64,000 nt of DNA from Anthoceros angustus. Its lineage: Eukaryota > Plantae > Anthocerotophyta. Made by a program: the position numbers and the translations under genes. The DNA lies in contig MU008181.1 in NCBI GenBank assembly GCA_010909165.1, positions 620,001 through 684,000 on the forward strand, in the 5' to 3' direction. Position 1 is the stretch's first letter; each line of letters starts with the position of its first letter. Shown here piece by piece: positions 23,331 through 37,600 of the stretch. The notes under the pieces were generated by a model, which made no database searches, was not told where the DNA came from, and saw only the letters and a list, made by a program, of their open reading frames with translations.

Positions 23331-24160
23331 CTCAACCTAGATACTTGCTGGAAAGTGCAGAGTAGCTAGTACTCAAAGATGCAAAGCCTGCTGCCACACC
23401 ACTCCCAAGTGGGTTAAAGTTAAGCAAAGACATGTCACCAGTCACACAATCTGAAAAAGATGATATGAGAAATGTACCTTATAGACAGGGCGTAGGCAAA
23501 CTCATTTATGTTGCCAATACAACACGTCCTGATGTAGCTTACTCAACCAGTGCACTGTCGCAGTACCTTGAGAATCCAGGACAGGCCCACTGGACATGCG
23601 TTAAAAGGGTTTTTAGATACCTCAAAGGCACATCATACAGAGGCATAGTTTATGCACACAAGGATGGTGTGACTCTTGACCTTGAGGTATACACTGACTC
23701 CGATTATGCTGGCGACATCAACACAAGGAGGTCAATTTCAGGCTACATAGTCAACTATGCAGGTGGCCCTATTTGTTGGTCAAGCAAAAAGCATTGCTGC
23801 ACTTTCAAGCACAGGCCGTCAGGTACTGGCGGCGACCAAGGAGGTAATTTGGCTGAAGTTGCTGTTCTCCGAGCTTGGTGTTGATCTTCCAGCCTGTATC
23901 ACAATAAGGACAGATAATCAAGGATCAAAGTCTTTAGCTGAGAACCCAGTCTTTCATTTGAGAACTAAACACGTCGCTGTGGAACATCACTTGATTCGTG
24001 AGCTACTGGCAGAGGGCACAATTGCCTTGGAGTACATTCCAACACAAGAGAACCTAGCAGATATCTTAACTAAAGCTCTGGGAAAAGAGCTGCATGAATG
24101 ACATGTAAAAAGTCTTGGCCTAGGAGACTCCTCAGAGTTCTTAGGAACTGCAGCAGCAAA
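23331..24160 (+). pseudogene. Copia RT C-terminus and RNase H
   Basis: PYRQGVGKLIYVANTTRPDVAY..HWTCVKRVFRYLKGT..YTDSDYAGD..RRSISGY..DNQGSKSLAENPVFHLRTKHV..LADILTKAL. Confidence 0.95.
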
Positions 24161-24199
24161 TTGAAAAGCCACAAAGGCAGCAGGCCCTAACTACGGCCG

Positions 24200-24699
24200 C
24201 TGTAGGAGGAGACATCGTCAGAGTAATCGTTGAACGCTTCACTCCTGGATCTCAAGGAATAGGAATCACCACAAGACTCTGATTCACCAGGTTCAGGGCT
24301 GTCATCATCTTCTTCAGATGGCTCAGATGGCTAAGATGGCTCTGGACTGTCTAAGGGCTTGTGAGATCTCTTCCATTTCCTCTTTTCCTGGCCCGAGATC
24401 CTATCCTCAAACTTCATGTCAGACTCCTCCTCAATGCGTGTATTGGACCCTGCCAGAAGCAGTGGGAGTTTAGCAACCATCCCACTGGCAAATGCTAAAA
24501 AGGAAAACAACAAACAGATATAGTATTGGACACTTACTGTAGGTGCTAACCACATGCCCTGGGAACACCCAGCAAACCTTAACTCGCACTCGCTTCATCA
24601 CTGCCTTGGTACTGCCGATGTAAACCCTATATCACAAGGGGCTGCGAGGATGGTTGGTGGATCCGTATGTCATAATTTGGGTCTCCTTGAACAGGTTGG
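24200..24699 (-). pseudogene. C-terminal part of an antisense ORF in the Copia 3' region
   Basis: Continues the 40122-40637 ORF in frame across the GTTGG TSD (DPSALSLAN/LFKETQIMTYG); acidic Ser/Pro-rich tail with stops and frameshifts. Confidence 0.45.
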
Positions 24700-27600
24700 T
24701 GTGGCGGGACTTTTGCTGATGGCCAGCCGGGCGCGCACAATCCCGTGTCGTTGTAGGAAGAAGTCCGTTCCCAAGGGAATGATAGGCCCGTTTACCGCGT
24801 TTCAGGTGATTCTTACCGTCCAGCGCTCGTTCGGTCCCAACTCACACACATACTCCTAACTACTCTAGCGTTCACCGTCTGAGGCCGGTATGGCCAAGCG
24901 TTTAAGGACCCGTTCGCGTCCGTATCGTTCACATACATCCTTCACGCATCCGGTCCTTTCCTCTCTCCTCTCACGCTACACTCTTGATCTTAGAAAAACA
25001 GATTCTGTGATCGGACCTCCTCGTCGTTCGGGCCTCTCGTCCGGGCTCTACCTCCGGAGTTCCTCCGGCTCACGCGTTCGATCCAGTTCGGTGTCGGACC
25101 GCGGCTCGGGGCGACACGGATCACCGGTCACCCTTCCACACACACACGCGTTAAGTCGTCACGGGACCTTGATCAATCTCCCGGGCTGCACCTTTCGGTG
25201 ACTCGGACTCACGTTAGCAAGAAGACTCACAAAGGTGCGCAGCAGCATCAACACCAAGAAAGATGCTTTACTAGGCGCCTCGGCCCTCTTATCTGCGCCC
25301 AAGGTGGCGTCTTTATTACACCCCTATTACGGCGATAGCCTTTCGGTATACCTAATCGGCCGCCTACCATTCCCCTATCTCCTTCGCCCAGGGGGTGGAA
25401 GGTCCACAGGCCCCTCGGAATGGGTGGTCAATCCCCGTCAGCGGTTGTGGTGCACCCAATCGGATGATCCGTGAGGCGGGCCTCCTCTCCCGGAATCACA
25501 GCCGGGTTGGGCTCGTGATCGACAACGCGTTACGGCGTCATCCTCCCTGGCCTCCACAGGTCCTTGGCGGTGGGGCCACCGGCTCGGCTCCCCTAAGCGT
25601 AAGTCGAAGGGGCTCCTCCTTCTTGCCGGCCCTCGAGGTCTGTCTCGACTCCGAACTTGAGTCCGGCTTACTGGTCCGGCCGGCTAGGTCCGACCTTGTC
25701 TGGGTCCGGACCTCGGGGTCCGGACTTATTAGGGGTCCGGACTTGAGGTCCGGACTTATTGAGTCCGGACTTGAGGTCCGGCCTCCCTCTGAGTCCGGAC
25801 AAAGTCGGACTCACGCCCACCGGGTTTCCTCCCTCACGGGACTCCTCGTGGCTCTCCTCAAGTCCTCCATGTTCCCGATCGCCCGTGACTCGCCGTTGGC
25901 CCCTCCTTCCATGGTGAGGTGCGGGTGCTTACCTCGCATCCGCTCCTCGTTACGCTCCTCGGTTGCTCCTCTCCGCGCTCCGTCATCTCAAGCAGGGGCC
26001 ACTAGGGTCCTGTCTTGTCCCGTGGCCTTCATCTCCTTGAGCCTTCCGGTCCGTCAGTGCGGCCGTCGAGGCTTCTCGCCTTGGGAGCTCGGCGTGGTAA
26101 TAGGCAAAGTCAGATCGACTTGTTGAATTGCCTCTTCCACGTGTGCGGGCACCGATACTCCCTCGCCATAAGTGTTAGGGGGCGTCTTTGCCGGCTTGTT
26201 GGCCACCTCTCTGCCCGGTTGTGGTGGGGCCGGGGCATCGCGAGGCTACAAGGCGGCCTCGGTCACCTCCTGCTGCTGCATTGCTCACCTCCGGCTCCGT
26301 CGTTTCCTTTCCGCCATGGCTTACCGCCATAGCGCGGCGTTCCCTTCCGCCTTTCTCGGTGGACCGGCTTCTTTTACGCTTCCGGTGCTCGCGCTCCCGT
26401 TCATTACGGCCTTTAGCTCGCGGCTCCTCTCAGTGATCGGATACCTCCGTCCGACTCGGACTTCCTCCTCATACATGGCACAGCAGCGTCCAACTCCTTG
26501 GATAGTCGCGATTTTCCTCCGTCTTGAGGCGGGGCCGGGCTACTGTTTCGTGCTCGAGTCGTGGATTCTCGTTGAGAATCACTGCGCTCGACGCATCTTG
26601 GGTTGTAGCTCCAGTGTCCCTTTGTCCTCCATCTGCTTCCTCCTCTGCGGTGTACTCGGAGATCCCCTATCTCCCAGTCTTGGCCCTTCCTCCTCCATAG
26701 CCTTTGTCACGGCCTTGAGTTAGCCTCGGTCTGTGACTCTCTCCACGGTTCGATCACGTCAGAGTGATCCGGTCGCTCTTCACTTGACAGGCTCGCCGCC
26801 TTTACAGGCCTCGCCCACTGCTCTGGCCGCCGCCTCCGTCCCGAGCTCTCTCTTGTGCCGGGCCTCTTCCGCCTCTGCGCTTCCCTCTTCGCTGCAAGGT
26901 CCTCCGCCCGCGCTTGGGCCTCTGAGCTTGCTTGTGACCTGTGAAGAACCTTGGCAGTCTGTGAACCGGGCCTCGCGCTCCACACCGGCGTTTCCCTTCC
27001 TCGATCCGGCGAGGGACTCCGCCTTTCCTTTGCCTCGGCCGCCTTCACTTGCTCTTGGGTTCCACCATCCTCCTCGGGTGGCCTCCACTTCACAGGTCTT
27101 CTCCATTGCACGAGACCCCAAAGCATTCCGTCCATGGCGGTAGCAGACTTCGCCGTGTTTCTTCCACGGCCGCGGTGAGGCCCCACAAAGTCCGTAGTGG
27201 GGCCGGCATTTCTCGATCCGAGGACCTCCATGCATGATCGAGTAAGTCGGAGGTTCTCCGGACCTAATCGGGACCCTCGGGTCACAGTGGTGAGTCGAGT
27301 CTCACCCTCTTGGCCCTCTTGGCCTCTAACTCCTTTGTGCCCTCTTTCTCACAGGGCTCGGAGGAGGTGAGGGGTCGGAGCAAGCTCTTTTGCCCCTTCA
27401 CAGCCGGGGCAGGGGCCGGCTCGAGGTGGGGCTGCGCGACCTCCTGCTCCTTGGGCCACGTCCCTTTGCCCCTCCTTACGCCTCTTGACCTCTTGCCACT
27501 CAGGTGGCGGGGGTAGAATCGGCACCTACGAGTCTTGCGTTGGTGGTGCCGTCTTCCGCCTCTTGGCTCCCTTGAGTTCGTCGGGGCTCGGCCGTCGTGG

Positions 27601-29087
27601 TTGTTGTTGTTGCCGGTCGGGCCGCCTCCGGCATCGGCTCCCTCCTGTCTTGTGCTCGGAGGGCACCAAAGGAGGAAGGGGAATCGCCTCCCAAACTTCC
27701 ACAGGTGGTGAGGGGTTCGCTCAGACGTATGGAGTCAGGAATCCTCGATCGTCCTCCTCCGAGTCGCTTGGTCTTGAAGGGCGACCCCCACCTCAGGCGC
27801 CCTTGCACGCTCTACTTGGCGGGGCCTCCGGCCCCCCGGGCGCCCGCTCAAGCTCTCCTCCTTAGGGGCTCGAAATGTCCCCATACATGAATCGTATTGA
27901 CCCCGATGGCGAGGCTTCGCTCCTTAGCTTGCGTGCCTCTGGCCCGGGCAGGCGAAGATAATCCTTCCCGATCCGCTCTCTTCCCATTGGGCGCATGCGA
28001 GAATACCAGCAGGTTATCACCAAGGTGATCCACCTTGGTGGCGAGTTCAATGGACAATGATCCGGGCTACCGCCCTTACTCGTATCCGGCGGATCGGATA
28101 TCAACCATCCGTTGGTTGTCATTGCGTTCGAGCCTCAACGCCGCGGCGTGGCCCTATCTTCCCCTTCGCCTTAAGGGGCTCGGCACCACGCCCCTTCTTC
28201 CTCCTTGGTTGTAGGCCATCCTCGGGACCTCAAGGTCCATCGCCTCGGGTCCTCCGGAGGTTCTTGGATCGGACCTCCTTGTTGATCGCCGCATCTTCGG
28301 GCAAACTCCGGACTAGGTAACGTTGTCAAAGGTCGAGACCATTTGGAACACGTCCGGATGCCACTCTGCACCAATTCCCCACACTTCCTCCGGCCGGGGC
28401 CAGTCCGGATAGCGCGGGTCACAATGTTGCGCTCCACGGTCCATGGCTCCCGGTCTCGGCTTTTGGGTGCCATTGCTTTCTCCTCCTCTTGTTCTTTGGC
28501 TGGCCGGAGTCCGGCACGATGTTCCTCCTTCGCGCGTTGTTGCTCCAACCCAGCGGTGCGCGCTCTAAGGCGCCCAAAAGATGGCCGAGCGGATTGCGGG
28601 CGCAAGGGGAGGATGGAGGGCTGCGGCAATGACCTCCTCCTTGGCGCTTGTGGAAGTAACGCTGGCGGAAGGCGCCTCTTCGTTGTCCGTGGCGCGAGTG
28701 CATGGCTTACTCGACCCTCGCTTCACTCGGCCTTACGCGCGCCCGGGCGTGAATACCTGCTCGGCAAGGTTACGGTCTGACCTCATGCCCGACCTCCACT
28801 CGGGGCCGTCCACGTGGCGCCGCCTCGTCATCCTCACGCCTCCGCTCCTAGGTTACTTTCACTGGCGTACTTATCCTATTTTGACACAGGTGGGTTCGGA
28901 CTTATCCGTTACTCGGCGTAGTCGGAGCTTGCCATAGTGGTCGGGGTCCGTTGTTCACTCCAGTCGGAGTATACTCGAGCCTCGTCCGGCGCTACCCCAA
29001 TTTATTCCTCCTTTTCCGCCTTATTTATCCTTCAATCCTAAAAAGCGAAACCCTACTTATTTCTTAACTCCCGAGTGCATAGCCACA
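24700..29087 (-). repeat. 3' LTR of the Gypsy element (4388 bp)
   Basis: Starts TGTGGCGGGAC and ends GCATAGCCACA; collinear with 34642-40121. Confidence 0.9.
25690..25810. repeat. Short GTCCGGAC(TT) tandem repeat inside the LTR (also ~35600-35730 and ~36770-36850)
   Basis: About 8 copies of TCCGGAC at 13-15 bp spacing. Confidence 0.8.
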
Positions 29088-29249
29088 TACTCCCTTCTCA
29101 TCATTGGCGTCTCGCCAACACTAAGCATGATACTTCTTCACCGCCACCCGTTTAGGTGGGCTCTCCATCTAGCCGTGGTGACGGACCCGTTGTCATATAC
29201 TTGCACCACTTGTACGGACCCATCCATCTCGGTGAAGTTTGCACGGAAA

Positions 29250-32200
29250 ATGCATGTCGACTATCATAAAGGAGGGCGGTCCCTTCCTTTACATACTCGA
29301 TTCGCGATCGATCGTGCCAAATCTTTATTTGGTTTTGCATCTTGGTGAGCTTCTTCCCTGTCCTCTGTGTCCCCCAAGAGTCGCTCGGTGGCTTTCCTCT
29401 CTGTCAGTCTCCCTTCCATCATTACTCGAAAAGTGGGCACTTCAAACTCTCGGCATTACGGAGAGTGTCGTAGGTCAAGTAAGGGGTCCGTTGTGTGGTC
29501 ACCTTCTGCTGTCCGGGCATACAGTCGGATGGCGACTTATCCAGTCATGGGCGTAGTTCCTTTGAGTTTATTGAGATCCTGCGGATGAGCCCATTTGTCT
29601 TCTCTGTCGACCCATTGGCCTTAGGATTGTAGGGTGCCGTCTTGCGATGATTGATGCGAAATACTCCGTCATGGCGGCCACCACATCATTAAGGAAATGG
29701 GTTCCCCTATCACTTACCAAGCTGCGGACATCCGTGCGGGTTATGATGTTCTCGTCGAATTTGGCCACGGTATTTGCGAGTCCGTTCTTGTCGCCGCCTC
29801 TACCCACAGTGCGATGGTCGTTGCCACCGGGATGTATCTCCTTTGTGTGTGTCTTGTCGTGGTGTATGGGTCCAACAAAGTCAATACCCACTTTTCGAAG
29901 GTGCGGTGCCAATATCGGTACTAGCCTTTGTGTCGTCGGGGTTGGCTTTCCGATCCGACAAGCATCACACTTCTTCCTAAGCGGTGGGTGTCCCCATACA
30001 TTGTTGGCCACGGTATCCGCTTCAAAATCTTTTGGTGGTGACTGTCTTTGCGTAGTGTCACCCCAATCCTTCGTGCATTCCCTTGGCTCCACATCTCTGC
30101 GGTTGCAAGTACCTTCGTTCTACTCTCCGGCCCTAATTTGAACACACACCGTTGTACATTACGAAGGGTCGAGCATAGTGCACGAATGCCTCCCTCATCA
30201 CAGTCATTTTGAAGCTCCATTCCCAGGTACCGCTTTCTTCGTGGGTCGGACGGGCGGGCCCTCCCTTCTCCACTAAAATGATTCGTAGCTTGGGGTTGTC
30301 TGGGCTCCTCGGTTGTACTTTTCTGCGGCAACCAATGTCTCATCCGAGCGCATCTTCACGATCTCTCAACACACTCTGTTTTCAATCGTGACGAAATCGC
30401 ATTTTGGTCTGCCTCCCTTGTCTTGTTTCCACTTGACGTGAACTCCTGCGGCAACAATATCCACCTTGCTATCCGTCCGGACGGTCCGTCTTATTCACCG
30501 GATGCTTGACAAAGTGGTCTACATAGAACACAAACTCCTTTGGGTAGGTAGTGTCGAATTTCTTGGACATATACCATACCCGGTGCTTGGCCTCTGTAGT
30601 TGTGTATTTTCGTTCGCGTGGTGTATCGTCCGGCGTAGTATACGGGATAATCCGCTTGTCGTCCTTACGGCTCGGCACTACTCCGATAGCAAAGCGGACA
30701 CATCTACATACACATGAAATTTCTGCTCGATCCGGTCCTCTTAGAACCGGTCACCAAGGTGTTACGTAAATCCCGAAGGCCTCCTCTCGCTCACGTGACG
30801 GTCCAAACCTCCTCCTTCCATGATGTTACATCAACTTAGCGCCCTCTTGCAAAGTCCTTAATAAACCGGTAGTATCCCACCATTCCGAAACCTCTCGGCT
30901 CCTTTAGGTTCGTCTGGAGGCGGATGACCGGACCTTGTCTGGTCCACCTCGATTCCAGCCGATGTCAACAAGATTCCCTCCGTCATTCCAAAGTAGCATT
31001 TCTCGGGTGTAGGCTCAATTGAGTCTCCGGCTCAAGCACCTTCTTAGATGCCCAAGGTGTTTGTCCTGCTCCCCATGCACACAAAATCATCCAGAATATC
31101 TCCATGAAGTCCCTCGAAGTCACGGAAGGCGTTGGTCACCATACGCATGAGCGACCACAGGCGCTCGGTCATCCCAAAGGCACTTCTCTTGTAGGCAAGC
31201 GTACCTCCGTAGTGAAGGTCGTCTTGTCCCGGTCAAACTCCCTTAGGTGCAATTGGTTATATCCGGAGTAGCCATCCGGAAGGAGTAAGTAGTCGTCCGA
31301 CCACCTTGTCCAAAATGTCGTCTCTGAATGGCATCGGAAGTGGTCCTTCTCCGTTCTTGAGCTTCCTCAATCTTGGCATACCGAATTTGTCTGGTTTCTT
31401 GGGAACCACCACAATCAGCGACCCACCACTTTGTGTGATGGGGAAAATGATGTCGCCTCCGGTACTTATCAAGGACCTCCTTCACCTTGATCGAATACTT
31501 GGGGTTGAGCTTGTATTGTCCATTCGGGTGGCACGCTCACGGCTTCAAATCGATCTTATGCTCTCCCACTTCTTGAATGCCCTTCATGTCCGTGACCTTG
31601 AAGGCGAACACCTCATAAAACTCCCCATGCTTTAGTCCTTCCTTGGTCCGAGGCATGCCTTTCTTAAACTTGAGAATTTTTGGCGGACCTCCACTTCTTC
31701 CACGTCGTCCGGGTTCACGTCTCCGTTCCGTCTTGCCTCGGCGTCCAAACCCTCGTCCTCCTCTGGGGATCGTCCTCTCGCATCCCCATTCTGAAGAGCT
31801 CGTCGGAGGTGAATCGTGTTACTCCTTGATGTCCGCTTTTCCTTGGTCCGACTCTTGTTGTCTCCCTTGTCTTTGGTCCGACCTCCTCTTCACTTCCTTC
31901 CTCCGGCCCGTTGTGGCGTTTACTCGAAAACAATCAATCACTTCCGCAAAGGCATCCCGTAGTCCATCTCCTCCTCGGACCGGCGGATCTTGGCGAAAGT
32001 CGCCTCCTCGGAACTATCTTGTTCGTCGCGGTGGAGTCCTCCGAGGTATACCCTTTAGTGCTCACGGTTTCCCACAATAGGTGTCCTTGCTCCGGTGATA
32101 GCAACCCTCCCTTCGCACCTTAGGGTCCCGTCCAGGCTTGAAGTGAATCTCCTTCCTTCCAAAGTGTAGCTTTGCAGGCCAACCCGGCCATGGCCAACAC

Positions 32201-34575
32201 CTCATACCCTAATGGTCCGGCGGTTTGATCACAACAAAATCCGGTTTGTAGGGTGCGCTATGGTGGCCAAGACTCGGTTAACTCCCGCGGATCTCTTCTT
32301 GACATATACGCCATTCTCGAGTCTTCGTTGAGGTTGAAGGATGTGAAGCCCAATTTTCGTGCCGTGGCTTGGTGATGAGGTTGACTCGGACCCGTGTCCA
32401 GCAGTACATCCTTGATGATACATCCAATCTCCACTTGTACCACGCCAGGTCCGTATGGGACACCACCCTCACTTCCATGTGCTACCCTTCACGGCTTTGG
32501 TGCTCATGTGGGTTTCCCCTAAGACGGACCTCTTGCCGGTTGGTTATCGGTATGTCGAAAGGACACAAGGTCTGCGATTCATCATCGGTCGCCACATTAA
32601 AGGCGGGCTTCTACCCCAATCGAGGATCCTGCTGCTGCGTCCTCATCCTCTCCCGGTCACTTGTGTTACGGTATTCTCCGGATGCTTGCGCATTTCCTCC
32701 TGCAACATCTCGGTCACCTCCGGACTCGTCCTGGAAGCTAACGTCGCCGTCGCGGGAGGCCGTTCCTTCTCCACTGTCATCTGGGAGAACTTCCTTGGGT
32801 AATCCCTCGGCGGCTGCCCGTCAGCCCTCCTTCATCGGTCGGATCCTCTGCTGGTATTTCCGGTTTGATTGCCTTCCTCGGCGTCGTGGCTTCCTCCGAT
32901 CTTGTTCTTCTTCAATGGCGCCTTTCTCGTCGCTCCTTCCTTCCCTGATAGACACCTCAAGATTTCCACTCCCAACTCCCTTCCTTTCGACACCCCCGTA
33001 CCTTCTTGTTCTTTTCCATCTCGCACAGGAATCTCTTCCCACTCCATGGAGCATCTTGACTTGCCGGTCACGGTCTTAGGAGGTGGCGTTGGTGGTCGGG
33101 GTTCTCCGCTTGGTGTGGCATATCGTGACCCTTGTGAGGGTTGGGACATAGCGTCTTGCATCATATGCCCGGCCCTTGCATCGCCACCAGCTCGAAGTCC
33201 CCATTACCACCTCGTTGGAGTGCGGACACGCGTTGGAGTAATGGCGGGATTCCAGTTCCAACGGACCACGGCCGTCGGAGGATACGAAGGGGCTCCCATG
33301 CGGTCTTTGCATCGGTGGGGCTCGTTGTATTGACGGACCTCCGGTTGGCGGATACATGGTTTTGGGATATCGCGGCCCGGAGGGCTTCACATGCACTGAT
33401 AGGCCTCTTCCCATTGCTCCTCGGCCTCCTCCTCGTATTCGTAGTCCACTTGATGCACCGAGGCGGTTGGATTGGATTCGAATGGCCGTGTTCTTGGCAC
33501 GGCACACGAGATGCGTTCGTAGTCGGTGTTTTCCGCGCTCGGTCCTTAACACAGTTTATCGCGGTCCTCTACTCTCTTTATCACTTTTCCGGGTCCTCCG
33601 CGGACTGCTACCTCCTTTGAGGGAGTCGGGTCCGGTGGAGCTTCTCGGACGGTCTTGGTGTCACCACCTCCTTCTTACCACCTTCTTTTTGGCGGGGCTT
33701 TCTTGCTCTTCTTCTTGCGGGATACTCTTCCTCGCTAGAGACCTCCGTCTCTTCTTGGACGTTGCTCCTCCTCCAAGACACCTCCGATTGGTCTTCCTCC
33801 TCCTCGAAGACTCTTCCTCCTCGAGTCCCGAACCCGTTTCTTCTTCTTCTTCTTGCCTCCTTGGCGGATTTCTTTATCCTCGATGTAGCGATTCCTCGTA
33901 GTTTTCGGCCGCTCGACCGCCTTGCCCACGTCCTTCTCGGCGCGGCGTGCACGGCCATGGGTTTGGCTAGGCCGGCCGCGAACCACCGTCGCTTGCATCG
34001 TGGTATGGGTTGGATGCCGATCCTCGGGGCATAGACGCTCGATGTCTGAGCTTCTCCTTCTTCCTCGCTTGATTTTCCAACTTTGATAATACATACCCCT
34101 CACGGTGATCCCTCGAAACCGTTCTAAGAAGGCATTTTCAAAGCTTCAAGCGAGGCGGGTGGGGCATTCTCCGGTGGTCGGTACTTTCTCCGATACCATT
34201 GAGCGGTTCCTCGGAGAACCCCTTGGAAAAATTTGGATGAGCGTCGACTCCCTCTCCGTTGAAGTTGGCTTTGGACGAAGTCCTCCACAAAGGTCTCGCA
34301 TCCGCTCCTTCTTCCCTCCGAATATGGAATGCGCTTGTTTGGTCGGTAGGGGCCATGGCTGCGCCATCGATTGGGTTAGGCGTGGTCCTACCTTCTTCCG
34401 TTGGCGTCCCTCGTACCCGTACTCGTCTTGGTCCGACAATTCGACCACGTTCTCCCTCCTCGATCGGCGGTGCTCTCTCGTTGGGTTTGGCGTCTCTCCT
34501 CTCACGGCTCGGAGAGCACCGAGGTGACCACGTCCATCCTCCGGTTCACTCTTGGACCGTCGCTCGACACGCATT
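29250..34575 (-). pseudogene. Gypsy gag-pol, heavily frameshifted
   Basis: gag ~34570-33600; protease IKDVLLDTG ~32400; RT IIFPIT..IVVVPKK..PMPFRDDILDKV..DGYSGYNQ and MEIF(L)DDF at ~31450-31080; RNase H ERKYTTTE..KKF..EFVFYVDH ~30600; integrase GIDFVGPI..SDRGTHFLN ~29880-29690. Confidence 0.92.
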
Positions 34576-34641
34576 CACTTACCTTCTCTTCCTAAGGCGC
34601 ACTGCGGCACCACACCGATTTCATTCCCAGCGGCGCCAAAA

Positions 34642-37600
34642 TGTGGCGGGACTTTTCTTGATGATGGCGGTGCGCGCACAATCCGTGTCGTTGTAGGAAG
34701 AAGTCCGTTCCCAAAGGGAATGATAGGCCCGTTTACGTTTGTGATTCTTAGTCCTTAGCGCTCGTTCGTCTCACACACACACTCCTAACTACTCTGGCGT
34801 TCCGTCTGACGGTATGGCCAAGCGTTTAGGACCCGTTCGCGTCCGTATCGTTCACATACATCCTCACGCATCGGTCCTTTCCTCTCTCTCTCACGCTACA
34901 CTCTTGATCTTAGAAAAGGCGGGTTGTGATCGGACCTCCTCGTCGTTCAGCCGCCTCGTCCGGGCTCTACACACCCTCCGGAGTTCCTCCGGCTCACGCG
35001 TTCGGTCGTTCGGTCGGACCGCGGCTCGGGGCACGGATCACGGTCACCCTTCCACACACCACAAGCGTTAAGTCGTCACGGGACCTTGATCAATCTCCCG
35101 GGTCGTGCTCGGTGACTCGGGACTCACGTTAGCAAGAAGACTCACAAAGGTGCAGAGCGGCATCAACACCAAGAAAGATGCTTTACTAGGCGACCTCGGC
35201 CCTCTTATCTGCGCCCAAGGTGGCGTCTTTATTACACCCCTATTACGGCGTGCATTTCGGTATACTAATCGCCGCCTATTTCCCCCTATCTCCTTCGTGT
35301 GATGGGAAGGTCACAGGCCCCTCGGAATGGGTGGTCAATCCCGTCACGGTTGTGGTGCATCGGATGATCCGTGGCGGGCCTCCTCTCCCGGAATCACAGC
35401 CGGGTTGGGCTCTGGCGGCGGTGAGCGCCGTTACCACGGCGTCATCCTCCACAGCCTCCACAGGTCCTTGGCGGTGGGGCCACCTATCGGCTCCCCTAAG
35501 CGTAAGTCGAGGGGCTCCTCCTTCTTGCGCGGCCGGTCCTCGAGGTCTGTCTCGACTCACAGAACTTGAGTCGGCTTATTCACAGGTCCGGCCGGCTAGG
35601 TCCGACCTTGTCTGGTCCGGACCTCGGTCGGTTATTCTGGTCCGGACCTCGGTCGGTTATTGGACGGACTTAGTCCGGACTTATTGAGTCCGGACTTGAG
35701 GTCCGGCCTCCCTGGGGTCGGACAAAGTCCGGACTCACGCCACCGGGTTTCCTCCCTCACGGGACTCCTCGTGGCTCTCCTCGAAGTCCTCAGCCGATCG
35801 CCCTGGCTCGCCGTTGGCCCCTCCTTCCATGGTGAGGTGCGGGGTGCTTACCTCGATCGCATCCGCTCCCTCGTTCGCCTCCGGTTGCTCCTCTCCGCTC
35901 CGTCATCTCAAGCAGGGGCCACTAGGGTCCTGTCTTGTCCCCGTGGCCTTCATCTCCTTGAGCCTTCCGGTCCGTCCGTCTGGGTCGAGAGCTTCTCGCC
36001 TTGAGCTCGGTGGTAATAGGCAAAGTAGATCGACTTGTTGAATTGCCTCTTCCACGTGTGCGGCACCGATACTCCCTCGCCATAAGTGTTAGGCGTCTTT
36101 GCCTTGTTGGGCCACCTCTCACAGTTGTGGTGGGCGGGCGTATCACGTGAGGCTACAAGGCGCCTCGGTCACCTCCTGCAGTGCCATGTTGCTCACACTC
36201 CGGCTCCGTCGTTTCCTTCCATGCGACTTACCGCCATAGCGCGGCGTTCCCTTCCGCCTTTCGGTGACTCGGGACTCACGTTAGCAAGAAGACTCACAAA
36301 GGTGCAGAGCGGCATCAACACCAAGAAAGATGCTTTACTAGGCCTCGGCCCTCTTATCTGCGCCCAAGGTGGCGTCTTTATTACACCCCTATTACGGTGC
36401 GTAGCCATTTCGGTATACCCTAATCGACGCCTACCTCTATCCCCCTATCTCCTTCGGGTAGGTGGGAAGGTCACAGGCCCCTCGGAATGGGTGGTCAATC
36501 CCGTCACAGCGGTTGTGGTGCACCCAATCGGATGATCCGTGAGGCGGGGCCCCTCTCTCTCCGGAATCACAGTCGGGTTGGGCTCTGGCGGTCGACAGCC
36601 GTTACCATCCTCCACTGGCCTCCACAGGTCCTTGGGTGGGGCCGCTATCGGCTCCCCTAAGCGTAAGTCGAAGGGGCTCCTCCTTCTTCTTGCCCGGTCC
36701 TCGAGGTCTGTCTCGACTCACGAACTTGAGTCGGCTTATTCAGGTCCCGTGGGTCCGACCTTGTCTCAGGGGTCCGGACCTCGGTCGGACTTGTCGGGGC
36801 CGGACTTGAGGTCGGACTTATTCTGGTCCGGACTTGAGGTCCCTCCCTCTGAGTACAAAGTCGGACTCACGCCCACCAGGTTTCCTCCCTCACGGGACTC
36901 CTCCGTGGCTCTCCTCGAAGTCCTCCATTCGATCCGAGTGGCTCGCCCGTTGGCCCCTCCTTCCATGGTGAGGTGCGGGGTGCCCTCATCGCCGCTCCCT
37001 CGTTCCTCCTCGGTTGCTCCTCTCCGCGCTCCGTCATCTCAAGCAGGGGCCACTAGGGTCCTGTCTTTGTCCCCGTGGCCTTCATCTCCTTGAGCCCAGT
37101 CCGTCAGGTCTGGTGAGAGGCTTCTCGCCGGGGCTCGGTGGTAATAGGCAAAGTCACAGATCGACTTGTTGAATTGCCTCTTCCACGTGTGCCACCCGAT
37201 ACTCCCTCCCATAAGTGTTAGGAGTCTTTGCCCTTGTTGGGCCACCTCTCCTGTGGGCCGGCATATCGCGAGGCTACAAGGCGGCCTCGGTCACCTCCTG
37301 CATTGCCATGTTGCTCACTTTCTCGGCTCCGTCGTTTCCTTCCATGACTTACCGCCATTCCCTTCCGCCCCTCGGTGGACCAGGCTTCTTTTCGCTTCGG
37401 TGCTCGCGCTCCGTTCATTACGGCCTTTAGCTCGCCTCCCTCTCCGGTCGGATACCTCCGTCTCGGACTTCCTCCGGCTCATACATGGCACAGCGTCCAA
37501 CTCCTTGGATAGTCCGATTTTCCTCCGTCTTGAGGCGGAGCGGGCACTCTTTCGTGCTCGAGTCGTGGATTCTCTCGTTGAGAATCACTGCTGCTCAAGC

